From the IMG/VR virus record IMGVR_UViG_3300017786_003484, positions 180,433 to 244,432 of that record: a DNA stretch of 64,000 nt; one strand, given 5' to 3'. The notes under the pieces were generated by a model. That model worked only from the letters and a program-made list of their open reading frames with translations. It did not search any database and was not told the origin of the DNA. The translations under genes and the position numbers were made by a program. Positions 17,804 to 27,502 of the stretch are shown piece after piece. The stretch's first letter is position 1. Each line of letters starts with the position of its first letter.

Positions 17804-18516
17804 ACTGAGAATCCTGTAACTCTACCACTAAAGCGATTTTGTTTTAATTCTTCGCTCTGCTCTTCGTCTATCATTTGATAAAATTGATTTCTATATAGCA
17901 CAACATCTGGAACTTTAGACCAAAATTCATTGATGAGTTTCATAGCATGATTTTTATTTCTTGCCTTATATAAGATTCTTAATATGGTCACCGAAATACC
18001 ATCTTCTACCTCGGTTTGGTCCACCGGTACAGATAAGCCGTTAGTGTCTATTCCACTTAGCTCTTCAATTATATGTTTAGACGGAAGTACATTAAAGATT
18101 AGATTAGTTATCCTAACAGCCTTAACACATTTTGCAATGAATATGGCTAATTCTTGTAAGTCATTTAATGCTTCTTTAGCAACTTCTTCTGTATAATCAT
18201 CTGGCCAACCTACATGTTCTACAGTACTATTAAGTCTTCTAAAAGATGGCCATTGCCTACTATAAAATATACTTGACGACGCATACATTAAATTTTTATC
18301 TTTAAGAGTATACTCTAAACAATTCTTTCCTCCAAAGCTAGGTTCGTTTTTAAGTGTTCCAACAACTAAAGAAAGTTTACTACTAAGAACCTGTGCAGTT
18401 TCAACAGCCGTATAAGGATCAAATTGATCAACAAATACTATTCGATCTAGCCCTGGAGCATACATCATATAGTTTCCGTAAAACGGTTCAAAGTTCTTTG
18501 TTTCATATGTAGCCAT
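17800..18516 (-). CDS. hypothetical protein coupled to the Asn-synthetase-like gene
   Basis: ATGA overlap; start moved to ATG 18516 (TAAGTA-N5-ATG). Confidence 0.7.
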   Translation of the reverse strand: MATYETKNFEPFYGNYMMYAPGLDRIVFVDQFDPYTAVETAQVLSSKLSLVVGTLKNEPSFGGKNCLEYTLKDKNLMYASSSIFYSRQWPSFRRLNSTVEHVGWPDDYTEEVAKEALNDLQELAIFIAKCVKAVRITNLIFNVLPSKHIIEELSGIDTNGLSVPVDQTEVEDGISVTILRILYKARNKNHAMKLINEFWSKVPDVVLYRNQFYQMIDEEQSEELKQNRFSGRVTGFSV

Positions 18517-18563
18517 AACATTACTTACTGGCAAAAATAGTTTCTGTTTTACCAATTTTTTTC

Positions 18564-18592
18564 TTGACAACTTACTTTATCTGTGTTACAAT
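18564..18592 (+). promoter_or_regulatory. sigma70-type promoter
   Basis: TTGACA-N17-TACAAT. Confidence 0.75.
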
Positions 18593-18619
18593 AAATATGG
18601 ACATAAATGAGGAGATTAA

Positions 18620-18838
18620 ATGAGAGGTGCAATAAAGAAAGACTTACGAGTCTTTGTAAATGAGGTTTTAGAAGCTAATGTAGGTCTAAGCCGTCAGCAA
18701 CTAGTAGTCATAGCGGCTCATCTTGCTAGGAGTAAAGGAATGAAACCAGTTGATGCTTTACTTGCATTAAAAGGTAACGGTGAAGTTCCAAAAGAAGATA
18801 TCGATCAATTAATTGAACATATAAATGAAGGAAACTAA
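18620..18838 (+). CDS. small hypothetical protein
   Basis: GAGGAG SD. Confidence 0.7.
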   Translation: MRGAIKKDLRVFVNEVLEANVGLSRQQLVVIAAHLARSKGMKPVDALLALKGNGEVPKEDIDQLIEHINEGN

Positions 18839-19148
18839 AATGGATATAAATGCAATTCTCGACTTTGATAAAGATTCAACTCTAGAGTCTCGTACTCAGC
18901 ATATTTCTACTTTCTTTAAAGAGCATAAAAATGTTCTTGTAAAGTTTACTAAAGTAGACGGAAGTTTGCGAGAGATGCCTAGTACGTTGCATGAATCATT
19001 AATCCCTGATCTAAAAACTGATTGGGCACCAGATGAAAGTAAAAAGAAAACTAACCCAAATGTAATGTCTGTGTATTGCACTGATGCAGATGGTTGGCGC
19101 TCTTTTCGTTTAGAAAATGTAATTTCGGTGACTGGATATGATAGTTAA
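18825..19148 (+). CDS. WYL_2/SH3-like phage protein
   Basis: VKFTKVDGSLREM.STL and GWRSFRLENVI. Confidence 0.8.
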   Translation: MKETKMDINAILDFDKDSTLESRTQHISTFFKEHKNVLVKFTKVDGSLREMPSTLHESLIPDLKTDWAPDESKKKTNPNVMSVYCTDADGWRSFRLENVISVTGYDS

Positions 19149-19470
19149 TCTAGAAATAGTTATAGTAGCAATAGTTATTGCATTAATTAGTTTTGTGATA
19201 TTATTCCTACGTTCATCGTGGCAAAATCATAAGGATGAACAGTTAGCAAAGGCTGTTCAGATGGTTCTTGATCATGCATTTGTGTTAATGGAAATTGAGG
19301 AAAATAATGGAAAGCTAATGGCTTACAGGACCATAACAAATGAGTTTATTGCCGAAGGTAATAACTTTGAAGAACTTAGCAAACATTTCCTAGAAAGATT
19401 TCCTAGTAAGACTGGATTATTTCCAGGACAGCCTGAGTTAAGGATTGAAGCAACAAAAAATGCAATTTAA
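19138..19470 (+). CDS. single-TM hypothetical protein
   Basis: N-terminal TM helix. Confidence 0.65.
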   Translation: MIVNLEIVIVAIVIALISFVILFLRSSWQNHKDEQLAKAVQMVLDHAFVLMEIEENNGKLMAYRTITNEFIAEGNNFEELSKHFLERFPSKTGLFPGQPELRIEATKNAI

Positions 19471-20089
19471 GAAGATATGGAAAATCCGCGAAGATATTAG
19501 AAAACTGTTATCTTCTTACGAATCAGATAATAAAGATGTACGAGGGCTTTCGCGGACCCTCGGCCGTCTTCTTAATAAAAAGTATAAAACAAGATTTATG
19601 TGGGTACCTTCATCAGTACTATATAGAAATCATATTGTTGTTTCTGGTGACTATGCTCATTGGGAAGATTACGAAGAACCCTCACCTATTGAAATTAGAA
19701 TACACACTCATCCTGATATTCTTAACTATCCTTTTGGTAAGAAAGGTTACAAGTCATGGAATCAGTTTACAAAAGATCTAAGTGAGTGTATAATGCATGA
19801 ACATGTTCACATGGCTCAGTTTAGATTGCACAAGGATAAGAAAGTTAAATTGCAAGCAGAATGTCCTGACTATAGATATTATGCTGATAGTGACGAAGTT
19901 GATGCTTATGCATGGACGTTAGCAAGTGAAATAGCAGACAACGGAGGAATGGAATATATTTTAAACCCTAATATTGATAGTCCTTATATGCAATATAAGA
20001 AGTTTGTATTTCCAGTTAATTACAAGTTAAAGAAGAAATTATTAAGGAAGACATATTCGTTGTTTATGAAAAGTTTGGAGTATAAGTAA
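19445..20089 (+). CDS. putative HExxH metallopeptidase-like protein
   Basis: MHEHVH..Q and YY...DEVDAYA. Confidence 0.65.
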   Translation: MKQQKMQFKKIWKIREDIRKLLSSYESDNKDVRGLSRTLGRLLNKKYKTRFMWVPSSVLYRNHIVVSGDYAHWEDYEEPSPIEIRIHTHPDILNYPFGKKGYKSWNQFTKDLSECIMHEHVHMAQFRLHKDKKVKLQAECPDYRYYADSDEVDAYAWTLASEIADNGGMEYILNPNIDSPYMQYKKFVFPVNYKLKKKLLRKTYSLFMKSLEYK

Positions 20090-20112
20090 TATTAGATGTA
20101 TAAGGTAGTAAC

Positions 20113-20553
20113 ATGAAACCTAAAATGATTAAAGCACATATGAAGACGGCTGAAGTCTATGCAGAATTATCCACTGCAAGCCGTATGAAAGTAGGATGTA
20201 TTATTGTCAAAGACGATAGAATTATATCTATTGGATATAATGGTATGCCAAGTGGATGGGATAATACCTGCGAAGAACCTGTACTTTGGGATAGCGGTAA
20301 ACAACTTATTCAGCCTATATTAAAAACTAAGCCAGAAGTTCTACATGCAGAAGCAAATGCTATTGCTAAAGTAGCTCGCTCACCAGAAAGTAGTGAAGGA
20401 GCAACAATGTTTATTACATGCAGTCCATGCTTACATTGTGCCAAACTTATCTATCAATCCGGTATTTCTACGTTATATTATCGTGATAACTATCGTAGTG
20501 ATGAAGGTTTAAGGTTTCTTTCACAGACAGATATAGTGGTGAAGCAGTTATGA
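20113..20553 (+). CDS. dCMP deaminase
   Basis: KVG..IV.D.RII.IGYNG, HAEANAI, SPCLHCAK. Confidence 0.92.
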   Translation: MKPKMIKAHMKTAEVYAELSTASRMKVGCIIVKDDRIISIGYNGMPSGWDNTCEEPVLWDSGKQLIQPILKTKPEVLHAEANAIAKVARSPESSEGATMFITCSPCLHCAKLIYQSGISTLYYRDNYRSDEGLRFLSQTDIVVKQL

Positions 20554-20744
20554 CAGAGATACTATTTGCACTAACTTTAACAGTTTGTAATTTTTCTGGT
20601 TCTTGTTTATCGCAGGATGTTGATTTATACTATACAGAAAAAGAATGTAATAAAGCCTTAAGCCTATACAAAGAACTTCCAACAGACGGTGTATGGAAGT
20701 CAGTGGAATATAAATGTCATATTCCTGGTGCAAAGGCCACCTAG
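20550..20744 (+). CDS. small Cys-containing exported protein
   Basis: Hydrophobic N-terminus, four Cys. Confidence 0.55.
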   Translation: MTEILFALTLTVCNFSGSCLSQDVDLYYTEKECNKALSLYKELPTDGVWKSVEYKCHIPGAKAT

Positions 20745-20753
20745 GAGGAGAAG

Positions 20754-20945
20754 ATGAAAAAAACTAAAGATGACTATCAGGGTATCTTGCAAGGAATGAG
20801 GTTAATAGAAGATTTATTGATCCCTCAAGTTACACCTCGAGTACCTAGTCATATAAGAGAAAGAGCTCGCGAAGTAATTGCTGAGTTCCCTACAGAAGAG
20901 AACCTAAAGAATCTCTTAACAATTAAAAAACAAAAGTCGGAGTAG
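20754..20945 (+). CDS. small hypothetical protein
   Basis: AGGAGG SD; TPRVP..IR.RA..V...FP. Confidence 0.65.
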   Translation: MKKTKDDYQGILQGMRLIEDLLIPQVTPRVPSHIRERAREVIAEFPTEENLKNLLTIKKQKSE

Positions 20946-20948
20946 CAT

Positions 20949-21182
20949 ATGTTAGCGAAAACAACCAAATGGATATTACCTGTAGCGGTTAACAAAGACG
21001 GTGATACAATTATTGAATTTCCAGATGATTTATTAGATGTAGTTACCTGGAAAGAAGGTGATACACTAGACTGGACAGTAGATGGTAATGGACTATTAAC
21101 AATTAAAAGAATTGGAGAAATGGTAAAGTTATCAACACAGCCGGTAGAGGAACAACTTAATCTTAATCTTGAACAGGAGTAA
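20949..21182 (+). CDS. AbrB/MazE-like DNA-binding protein
   Basis: I.FPDDLL...WKEGDTL.W pattern. Confidence 0.7.
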   Translation: MLAKTTKWILPVAVNKDGDTIIEFPDDLLDVVTWKEGDTLDWTVDGNGLLTIKRIGEMVKLSTQPVEEQLNLNLEQE

Positions 21183-21184
21183 AA

Positions 21185-21757
21185 ATGCTTTTTCCAAATA
21201 AGCCCGGCAATCAGGTAATGATTGACTTAGAAACATTAGGTACTAAACCTAATAGTGTTATGCTAACAATAGGCGCCTTAAGATTTAACCCTTGGGGTGA
21301 TGATAGCGAAAAACAATTAACAGAAATGGATACGTTTTACAGACGTGTCGAAGTAGAAAGTTATGAAGGATTAGATCATAACATTGACGATGCAACTTTA
21401 GAGTGGTGGGGGAATCAAAATGAAAAAGTTAGAGCAGAAGCCTTTGCAGAAGATGACAGACATCCTTTATCAGATGTACTCGCTGATTTATATAAATGGT
21501 GCGGAGGTCTTAATGCTATTTGGGCTAATGGTACTGGCTTTGATCTTAACATTGTAGAACATTTTAGTAGAGAACTAAAAAGAGGTGTTGCTTGGAATTA
21601 CTGGCAGGCAAGAGATGCAAGGACTTTATATGCCCTATGTCCTGGCCTAGAACGGCCTAAAGGAAATGCTTTACACCATGCTTTATGGGATTGTTGGTCT
21701 CAGGCAGTTGGTGTACAAAGGGTGTTTAAACAATTAGATATTAAGGAGTTTAAATAA
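21185..21757 (+). CDS. DEDD-family 3'-5' exonuclease (Rv2179c/exoVIII-like)
   Basis: MIDLETL, WANG..FD, RD.RT, HHALWD. Confidence 0.88.
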   Translation: MLFPNKPGNQVMIDLETLGTKPNSVMLTIGALRFNPWGDDSEKQLTEMDTFYRRVEVESYEGLDHNIDDATLEWWGNQNEKVRAEAFAEDDRHPLSDVLADLYKWCGGLNAIWANGTGFDLNIVEHFSRELKRGVAWNYWQARDARTLYALCPGLERPKGNALHHALWDCWSQAVGVQRVFKQLDIKEFK

Positions 21758-22206
21758 TGTCTCACTATTCAACTAAAACATACGGACATAGCATCGGGCT
21801 ATCAGCGGTGTTCCGTCAACCACATGCAGATCATTCTCATTGTAGATTTTTACATGGTTATAGCTTAGGATTTAAGTTTAAGTTTGCATGTGATGAACTA
21901 GATAATAAGAATTGGGTAGTAGATTTTGGTGGACTAAAACCTTTAAAAAAATGGTTAGAAGATAATTTTGATCATAAGGTTGTGCTTGATGAAAATGATG
22001 ATAAACTACATTACTTTCACACATTAGAAGATGCTGGACTTGCAGAACTAACAATCATGGACGGTGTTGGAGCAGAGAAGTTTGCTGAACATGCATTTAA
22101 TTTTGCTGATAAACTTGTTAAAGAAATGACACAAGGTAGGTGTTGGTGTGTATCTGCTGAATGTATGGAGCATGGATCTAATTCTGCAATCTATGAAGTA
22201 AACTAA
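21757..22206 (+). CDS. queD: 6-carboxytetrahydropterin synthase / PTPS family
   Basis: C..LHGYS, WVVDFG.LK, FDH, E.FA. Confidence 0.85.
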   Translation: MSHYSTKTYGHSIGLSAVFRQPHADHSHCRFLHGYSLGFKFKFACDELDNKNWVVDFGGLKPLKKWLEDNFDHKVVLDENDDKLHYFHTLEDAGLAELTIMDGVGAEKFAEHAFNFADKLVKEMTQGRCWCVSAECMEHGSNSAIYEVN

Positions 22207-22571
22207 TGAATCAAATTGCATTGTCAGAGTTTTATCAGTATTTTTCGCAATGCAATTGGAAACCAGACCTACACGAAAAAGTATGGTTGGTTAACTTATC
22301 TTGGGATTTAATATCTAATAAAGATAGTGAGCAAATGGGATTACCAGGAACAATAGCACATGATGTAAGTTTTAATGTATCATTTGGCTGGGGTGGCTGG
22401 GGATTTTATAATTTAAATAATTACAAGGAAAATACTGTTATTAGTAGTATTCCTGTGTTATTGTTACAAGATCAATTTGATGCTTTTATATTTAGATTAA
22501 AATACCCTGGAGCAGGTTGGATACCTACCATAAATACTGATACGGAGGAATATAATGTCAAATACTCTTAA
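22206..22571 (+). CDS. hypothetical protein
   Basis: Coupled ORF. Confidence 0.6.
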   Translation: MNQIALSEFYQYFSQCNWKPDLHEKVWLVNLSWDLISNKDSEQMGLPGTIAHDVSFNVSFGWGGWGFYNLNNYKENTVISSIPVLLLQDQFDAFIFRLKYPGAGWIPTINTDTEEYNVKYS

Positions 22572-22773
22572 ACAATTTATAGGTAAAATCCTCGAAGGGG
22601 AAGAAGACGAAGCAAGCTCTACTAACCCTTTGATAGTTACGACCCGTCATGATATTGATCAGTTATCTAATCTTACTAAAATAAAATTATTAGAGTATGC
22701 TAAGAAGCGAGGCATTTCAATTAATTCACGTAAAAGAAAAAGTGAAATAATTGATATCCTAATGAGGAGTTAA
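22555..22773 (+). CDS. Rho-N/HeH-like small nucleic-acid-binding protein
   Basis: LSNLTK..L..YAKKRGI...RK.EII..L; GGAGG SD. Confidence 0.65.
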   Translation: MSNTLKQFIGKILEGEEDEASSTNPLIVTTRHDIDQLSNLTKIKLLEYAKKRGISINSRKRKSEIIDILMRS

Positions 22774-22774
22774 G

Positions 22775-23146
22775 ATGACTAAGTCAAAAACTGTTAAAGT
22801 AGATAGATACGATCCTAGTAAGCCTTTAGGTATTGTTACTATTTCAGCGAAAGCAAAAGAATATATGCAAAAAGTAACACCAGAAGGTCAATATGTATCA
22901 TTAGCAGTACAGGGCGGAGGTTGCTCTGGTTTTCAATATGTATGGGGTCTTTCATCTGATGAGAAACATAATGATTTTGAATGGTCTAATCCAATAGATA
23001 ATATATTGGTTGTTGACCCGTTAGCTGAGATGTACTTACTAGGTTCAGAGGTAGATTACATTGAAGAATTAGGCGGTAGTTTTCTAGCAGTTAAGAATCC
23101 AATGGCTACAAGCTCGTGTGGTTGCGGAGAAAGTTTTGGAGCATAG
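22775..23146 (+). CDS. iscA: A-type Fe-S carrier (IscA/HesB family)
   Basis: GGGCSGFQY and NP.A.SSCGCGESF. Confidence 0.9.
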   Translation: MTKSKTVKVDRYDPSKPLGIVTISAKAKEYMQKVTPEGQYVSLAVQGGGCSGFQYVWGLSSDEKHNDFEWSNPIDNILVVDPLAEMYLLGSEVDYIEELGGSFLAVKNPMATSSCGCGESFGA

Positions 23147-23179
23147 TAGGTTAACAAGAATAAAAAGGTAGTATATAAT

Positions 23180-23428
23180 ATGGAAAAAGAAGTAAAAGAA
23201 TATAGTGAGATGAATCTTAAAGATTTAACTGACAGAAGTAATATGATTTCTAAAAAATATTCAGCGGCTTTTAGGGCTGGTGCTAGTCAGGAAATACTAA
23301 ATCAGATACAAGAACATTTAGATATGATTAAGACAGTAATATGGGAACAACAGTACACAGAAAACTTCAAAGCTACTCTCGAAGCAGAAGCCAGAGACGA
23401 GTCATCACATGACGATAGCATTGTCTGA
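23180..23428 (+). CDS. hypothetical protein
   Basis: 82 aa helical ORF upstream of the DnaE fragment. Confidence 0.65.
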   Translation: MEKEVKEYSEMNLKDLTDRSNMISKKYSAAFRAGASQEILNQIQEHLDMIKTVIWEQQYTENFKATLEAEARDESSHDDSIV

Positions 23429-23909
23429 TATGCCAGATATTAATTTAAATACTGATGACCTTATGGAACTAATGTACCAAGAGAAGGCAACCACCTTAAC
23501 AACCCATAATACCAAACTCTTAGATGGTTATAACGAAGGATGTGATGCATTAGGAATTGAAAAGAAATTCAAGTCTTCTGACTATCCTTTGACAATAACA
23601 GAAGCATTAAGTAAATGGAATATGCCTGAGGAGTATCATAATATTGACTTAGAACAATACTTCGCAGAGAAGGTATATACAACTGAACAGATTAACAGAG
23701 TCATAACTGAATTAGATTTGTTTAGAAAGAATGAAATGGAAACTATGCTAAAGTTTATGATATATCTAGTAGATATTATGAAAGAGAAAAACATAGTTTG
23801 GGGAGTTGGCAGAGGAAGTTCAGTGAGCTGTTATCTACTTTTTTTGGTAGGACTTCACTCGGTTGATTCAATTAAATATAATTTAGATATGAAGGAGTTT
23901 TTTAAATAA
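23409..23909 (+). CDS. dnaE: DNA polymerase III alpha subunit, N-terminal split fragment
   Basis: RV..EL..F, WGVGRGSSVS.Y.LFLVG...VD.IKYNL...EF then stop; no PDIDxD motif. Confidence 0.8.
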   Translation: MTIALSDMPDINLNTDDLMELMYQEKATTLTTHNTKLLDGYNEGCDALGIEKKFKSSDYPLTITEALSKWNMPEEYHNIDLEQYFAEKVYTTEQINRVITELDLFRKNEMETMLKFMIYLVDIMKEKNIVWGVGRGSSVSCYLLFLVGLHSVDSIKYNLDMKEFFK

Positions 23910-24334
23910 TGGCAAGTAGCAGACACAAGACGCATAAAGGTCGAGAATTTAATATGGCGGCATTTGTTGACAGAAACGCAGAAACTAGAGCTATCGGTAA
24001 TGTTCCAATGAATGCAAGAGGAGATATTGTTGACAGTAAAGGCAATGTGAAAGTAACTGCTGGCCAAATTGCAAAAGGTTTAAGTCATGTAAATGATAAG
24101 AAATCTAAAACAGTTAGTATTAAAGAAGATAGTGCAAGTAAACCCAAGAAAAGTAAAAAGGTTCAAGCAGATACTGTAGTTGAAGAAGTAAACAATATTG
24201 GTGTTGTTGAAGAACCAGTAATTGAAGATAATAAATCTTCACTTTCGATTGTAAGTCGTACACCAGTTGACGATGAAACAGACGAAGTTGAATATAGCGA
24301 TGGTTCAATGGAAATTGTTCCAAAAGAAAGATAA
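23909..24334 (+). CDS. conserved phage hypothetical protein
   Basis: A.GN..MNARGD.V motif; acidic tail. Confidence 0.65.
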   Translation: MASSRHKTHKGREFNMAAFVDRNAETRAIGNVPMNARGDIVDSKGNVKVTAGQIAKGLSHVNDKKSKTVSIKEDSASKPKKSKKVQADTVVEEVNNIGVVEEPVIEDNKSSLSIVSRTPVDDETDEVEYSDGSMEIVPKER

Positions 24335-24357
24335 TTTTAACAAAAGGTATTAAACAA

Positions 24358-24720
24358 ATGAGTATACGACCACTTCCCAATAGAGCCCTCGGTGTAATTC
24401 TTGGACTAGAAGAACATACAACAAAAGCAGGAATTATCATTGCAAGTGATGATGGTAAGGATAGAGGAATCCGAGCCCGTTGGATCTATATACATTCCGT
24501 AGGTAGTAAAGTTGACTGGTTAAAGCCAGGCCAATATGCATATGTTGAACACGGACGTTGGTCCCGTGCAATGAACTATGAAGGAATGAAACTAGTCAAT
24601 ATTGACTTAGAGGCTGTTCTTGGTGTACAAGACGAAGAACCAGATGATGATGTATTTGGTGAAAGCATTGACACCAAACCAGATTCAGTACCAGCAGAAG
24701 CATTTGGAGCTGGAAATTAA
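24358..24720 (+). CDS. groES: co-chaperonin GroES-like
   Basis: IRPL.NR, TKAGIII mobile loop, VG..V..LKPG, VLGV. Confidence 0.8.
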   Translation: MSIRPLPNRALGVILGLEEHTTKAGIIIASDDGKDRGIRARWIYIHSVGSKVDWLKPGQYAYVEHGRWSRAMNYEGMKLVNIDLEAVLGVQDEEPDDDVFGESIDTKPDSVPAEAFGAGN

Positions 24721-24723
24721 AGG

Positions 24724-24752
24724 TTGACAAACCATCAAATATATAGTATAAT
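24724..24752 (+). promoter_or_regulatory. consensus sigma70 promoter
   Basis: TTGACA-N17-TATAAT. Confidence 0.85.
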
Positions 24753-24794
24753 AAAGCTAATTTAAAACTACAAATCGTTTCTTGGGAGGTATTT

Positions 24795-25019
24795 ATGGAA
24801 ATGACAACTAACATGATTCAGGCGTTAAAACTTCGCTATGAATCAGCAATCGCTGAAGCAACTTGTAATATTGCAGTCTACTTAAAAAACCCAGCAGGTA
24901 TCGGAGAGCATCCGGATATTGTTGAGGCTGTTGATTCTCAAATTATGAAAATTGCTGAAGCTCAAGACAAACTTCATGTAATTGAAGAATACTATGAAGA
25001 AGAGGCAGACTCAGAATGA
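24795..25019 (+). CDS. conserved small phage protein
   Basis: YL.NPAGIGEHPDI motif; GGAGG SD. Confidence 0.75.
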   Translation: MEMTTNMIQALKLRYESAIAEATCNIAVYLKNPAGIGEHPDIVEAVDSQIMKIAEAQDKLHVIEEYYEEEADSE

Positions 25020-25129
25020 AGTTGAGTGAATTTAAAACTAAATTTGGTGAAGGTACTGATTTTGATTTAGACTGGGGTAAGGTAGTTATTCTTATCCTTT
25101 GTGTTTACATTGCAATACAGGTGAGCTAA
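25016..25129 (+). CDS. 37 aa membrane peptide (not in ORF track)
   Basis: MKLSEFKTKFGEGTDFDLDWGKVVILILCVYIAIQVS; overlaps both neighbours. Confidence 0.55.
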   Translation: MKLSEFKTKFGEGTDFDLDWGKVVILILCVYIAIQVS

Positions 25130-26055
25130 TGAAAGAACTTTGGGTAGAAAAGTATAGACCTAAAACTGCAAGTGATTATGTTTGGATTGATAACGATCAA
25201 AAGCATATGGTTGAGACTTGGATTAATGACAAGTATATTCCTCATCTATTACTTGCAGGAGCGGCAGGTGCAGGTAAAACTACACTTGCCAAAGTTCTTG
25301 TTAATGAACTAGGAGTTGATCCAGCAGAATGTATGCAGATTAATGCTAGTAGAGATAACGGCGTTGACTTTCTTCGTAATAAGATTAATAACTTCTGTAG
25401 TACTATGCCAATGGGACCTTTTAAGGTTGTGTTACTTGATGAGGCAGACTATATTACTCCGCCAGCACAAGGCATCTTACGTGGTATGCTAGAACAATAT
25501 CACGAAGGTGTACGTTTTATTATGACATGTAATTATCCTAATAAGATCATTCCGGCATTGCATAGTAGACTGCAAACAATTACGTTTAAAACATTGGATC
25601 AAACAGAATATACTGCTAGACTTGCAACTATTCTAATGGCAGAGAATGTAGAACTTGACTTAGAAACTCTAGACTTGTTTGTTAAAGCAAACTATCCAGA
25701 CTTGAGGAAAGCAATTAATACGGTACAGATGAGAAGTACATCTGGTAAGCTGGAAGCACCTAAGGCGGATGATTCTACATCAGACTACAGACTAAGTATG
25801 GTAGAGCTATTTAAACAAGGTCGTATTCGAGATGCTAGGAATTTAATTATTAAGCAAATCTCGTTAGAAGAATACGAAGACATGTATCGATTTATGTACC
25901 GTAACTTAGACTTATGGGGAAGTAATGAGGATATTCAAGATCAGGCATTATTGTTAATTCGAAAGGGTCTGATTAATCATAGTTTGGTTGCTGATCCAGA
26001 GATTAACTTGTCAGCAACCTTTGTAGAACTTGAGAGGTTAAGCAGAGGTGGATAA
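25129..26055 (+). CDS. clamp loader AAA+ subunit (RFC small/gp44-like)
   Basis: LWVEKYRP, G.AG.GKTT, INAS, LLDEAD, CNYPNKII.ALHSR. Confidence 0.93.
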   Translation: MKELWVEKYRPKTASDYVWIDNDQKHMVETWINDKYIPHLLLAGAAGAGKTTLAKVLVNELGVDPAECMQINASRDNGVDFLRNKINNFCSTMPMGPFKVVLLDEADYITPPAQGILRGMLEQYHEGVRFIMTCNYPNKIIPALHSRLQTITFKTLDQTEYTARLATILMAENVELDLETLDLFVKANYPDLRKAINTVQMRSTSGKLEAPKADDSTSDYRLSMVELFKQGRIRDARNLIIKQISLEEYEDMYRFMYRNLDLWGSNEDIQDQALLLIRKGLINHSLVADPEINLSATFVELERLSRGG

Positions 26056-26569
26056 AGTATTACTAGTAGATTGTGATGGTGTTTTAGTTGAATGGCATAA
26101 TCGCTTTCATGAAAGTTTTCCAAATAAAGAGCAGGATGATATGGACATCCATACATTTAATTCTAGTCCAACGTTTGGAGAATTGTATGCTTATAAGGAT
26201 AGTGTAGATGGTATTAAGAAGTTGAAAGAACTTGGATTTACTATTGTTGCTATTACATCTTCAGGTACTTCACCAATTACCAAAGCATTTAGGCGTAAAA
26301 ACTTAGACGACTTATTTGGTACTGATGCAATTAATGCTATTCATGTATGCGAATTGCACGGAGATAAAACTCCTTTACTATCTAGGTTTAAAGACAAGGG
26401 TTATATATGGATTGAAGATAGTCCACATAATGCAATACTGGCTAAGGATCTTGGCCTATCACCATTGCTTATAAACACACCAATGAATGCTGATAAAGAT
26501 GATATGGGTATTCAAAGAGTTGATAGCTGGAAAGAAATAGTTAGGATTGTAGATGGCCATTATTCGTGA
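26048..26569 (+). CDS. HAD-family 5'-nucleotidase-like phosphatase
   Basis: LVDCDGVL, ITS, WIEDSP.N. Confidence 0.85.
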   Translation: MDKVLLVDCDGVLVEWHNRFHESFPNKEQDDMDIHTFNSSPTFGELYAYKDSVDGIKKLKELGFTIVAITSSGTSPITKAFRRKNLDDLFGTDAINAIHVCELHGDKTPLLSRFKDKGYIWIEDSPHNAILAKDLGLSPLLINTPMNADKDDMGIQRVDSWKEIVRIVDGHYS

Positions 26570-27395
26570 TAACTCAAAGCATTACACATACCCACCCGAA
26601 CTAGATAAGTTTAGAAAGTTAATATTTTGCCCTTTAGATTTTCCAGAGCCACCTGAAGTTGACGAAGAACAACTTTTTAAATGGATTAAGATGAGAGCTG
26701 ACAAAGATGCTGGGAAACTTGCAGGAAGTGTATCTGGAGCAACAGGACCTATTGACTTAGACAGCGATAAGTTAAAGAGAACTGCTAGTTATAGTGGTAA
26801 AGGAACTTATCCGTGGAGACTGATACATGCTATGAGATCTGACTTTGATAATTTTGGATGGGAACATTGGCCTGAGTTTAGAGATATGCTACCTGAGTTA
26901 GCAGAGTATATTGAATCCTTTCCAGTACAAGACTTCTTTACTATTAGTTTTTTAAACCAAAAGCCAGGCATTGATGTAGGATTACACACAGATCCAGATA
27001 TATTCTTTGGATTGCGTTTTTATCTAGTTAACAAAAGTAAAGCAAGAATTTTCTTTCAGAAAGCAAAAGAGCCTACAACTGACAGACTTTTAAATATTAG
27101 AGAAGAAGTAACAATTGGTGGCAAGAATAGCGAACCAGTAATTAAAGAAGAAGTGGTTAACTATGAATGGAACGACATTTGCGATTCAGAAAAAATTATT
27201 GCAAAAAATCCAACCAACAGATATGCTTTTCATTTAACTGGTACACATGCCGCTCATGGAGTAGAGCAGGTTCCTGAAGATGATGATACAAGTAGGGTAA
27301 CTGCGTTTATGGTATGTAGAGTAAAGCCAAAAGAATATGCTGAACTATTAGAACGAAGTGTTGAAAAATATAAAGACTATGCAGTCTGGTGGTAA
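26553..27395 (+). CDS. 2OG-Fe(II)-type dioxygenase
   Basis: GLHTD, GLRFY, AAHG, R.TAF. Confidence 0.65.
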   Translation: MAIIRDNSKHYTYPPELDKFRKLIFCPLDFPEPPEVDEEQLFKWIKMRADKDAGKLAGSVSGATGPIDLDSDKLKRTASYSGKGTYPWRLIHAMRSDFDNFGWEHWPEFRDMLPELAEYIESFPVQDFFTISFLNQKPGIDVGLHTDPDIFFGLRFYLVNKSKARIFFQKAKEPTTDRLLNIREEVTIGGKNSEPVIKEEVVNYEWNDICDSEKIIAKNPTNRYAFHLTGTHAAHGVEQVPEDDDTSRVTAFMVCRVKPKEYAELLERSVEKYKDYAVWW

Positions 27396-27397
27396 AC

Positions 27398-27502
27398 TTA
27401 GAATAGACGTAGTAACCGGCCAATAGCATAACAGGCACCAACAATACATATGCCATAAAAAGGCAATGTATAAAAAGTATCACACATTAAAAAACAAGTC
27501 AT
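27398..27502 (-). CDS. 34 aa membrane peptide (not in ORF track)
   Basis: MTCFLMCDTFYTLPFYGICIVGACYAIGRLLRLF; ATGA overlap with upstream stop. Confidence 0.45.
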   Translation of the reverse strand: MTCFLMCDTFYTLPFYGICIVGACYAIGRLLRLF

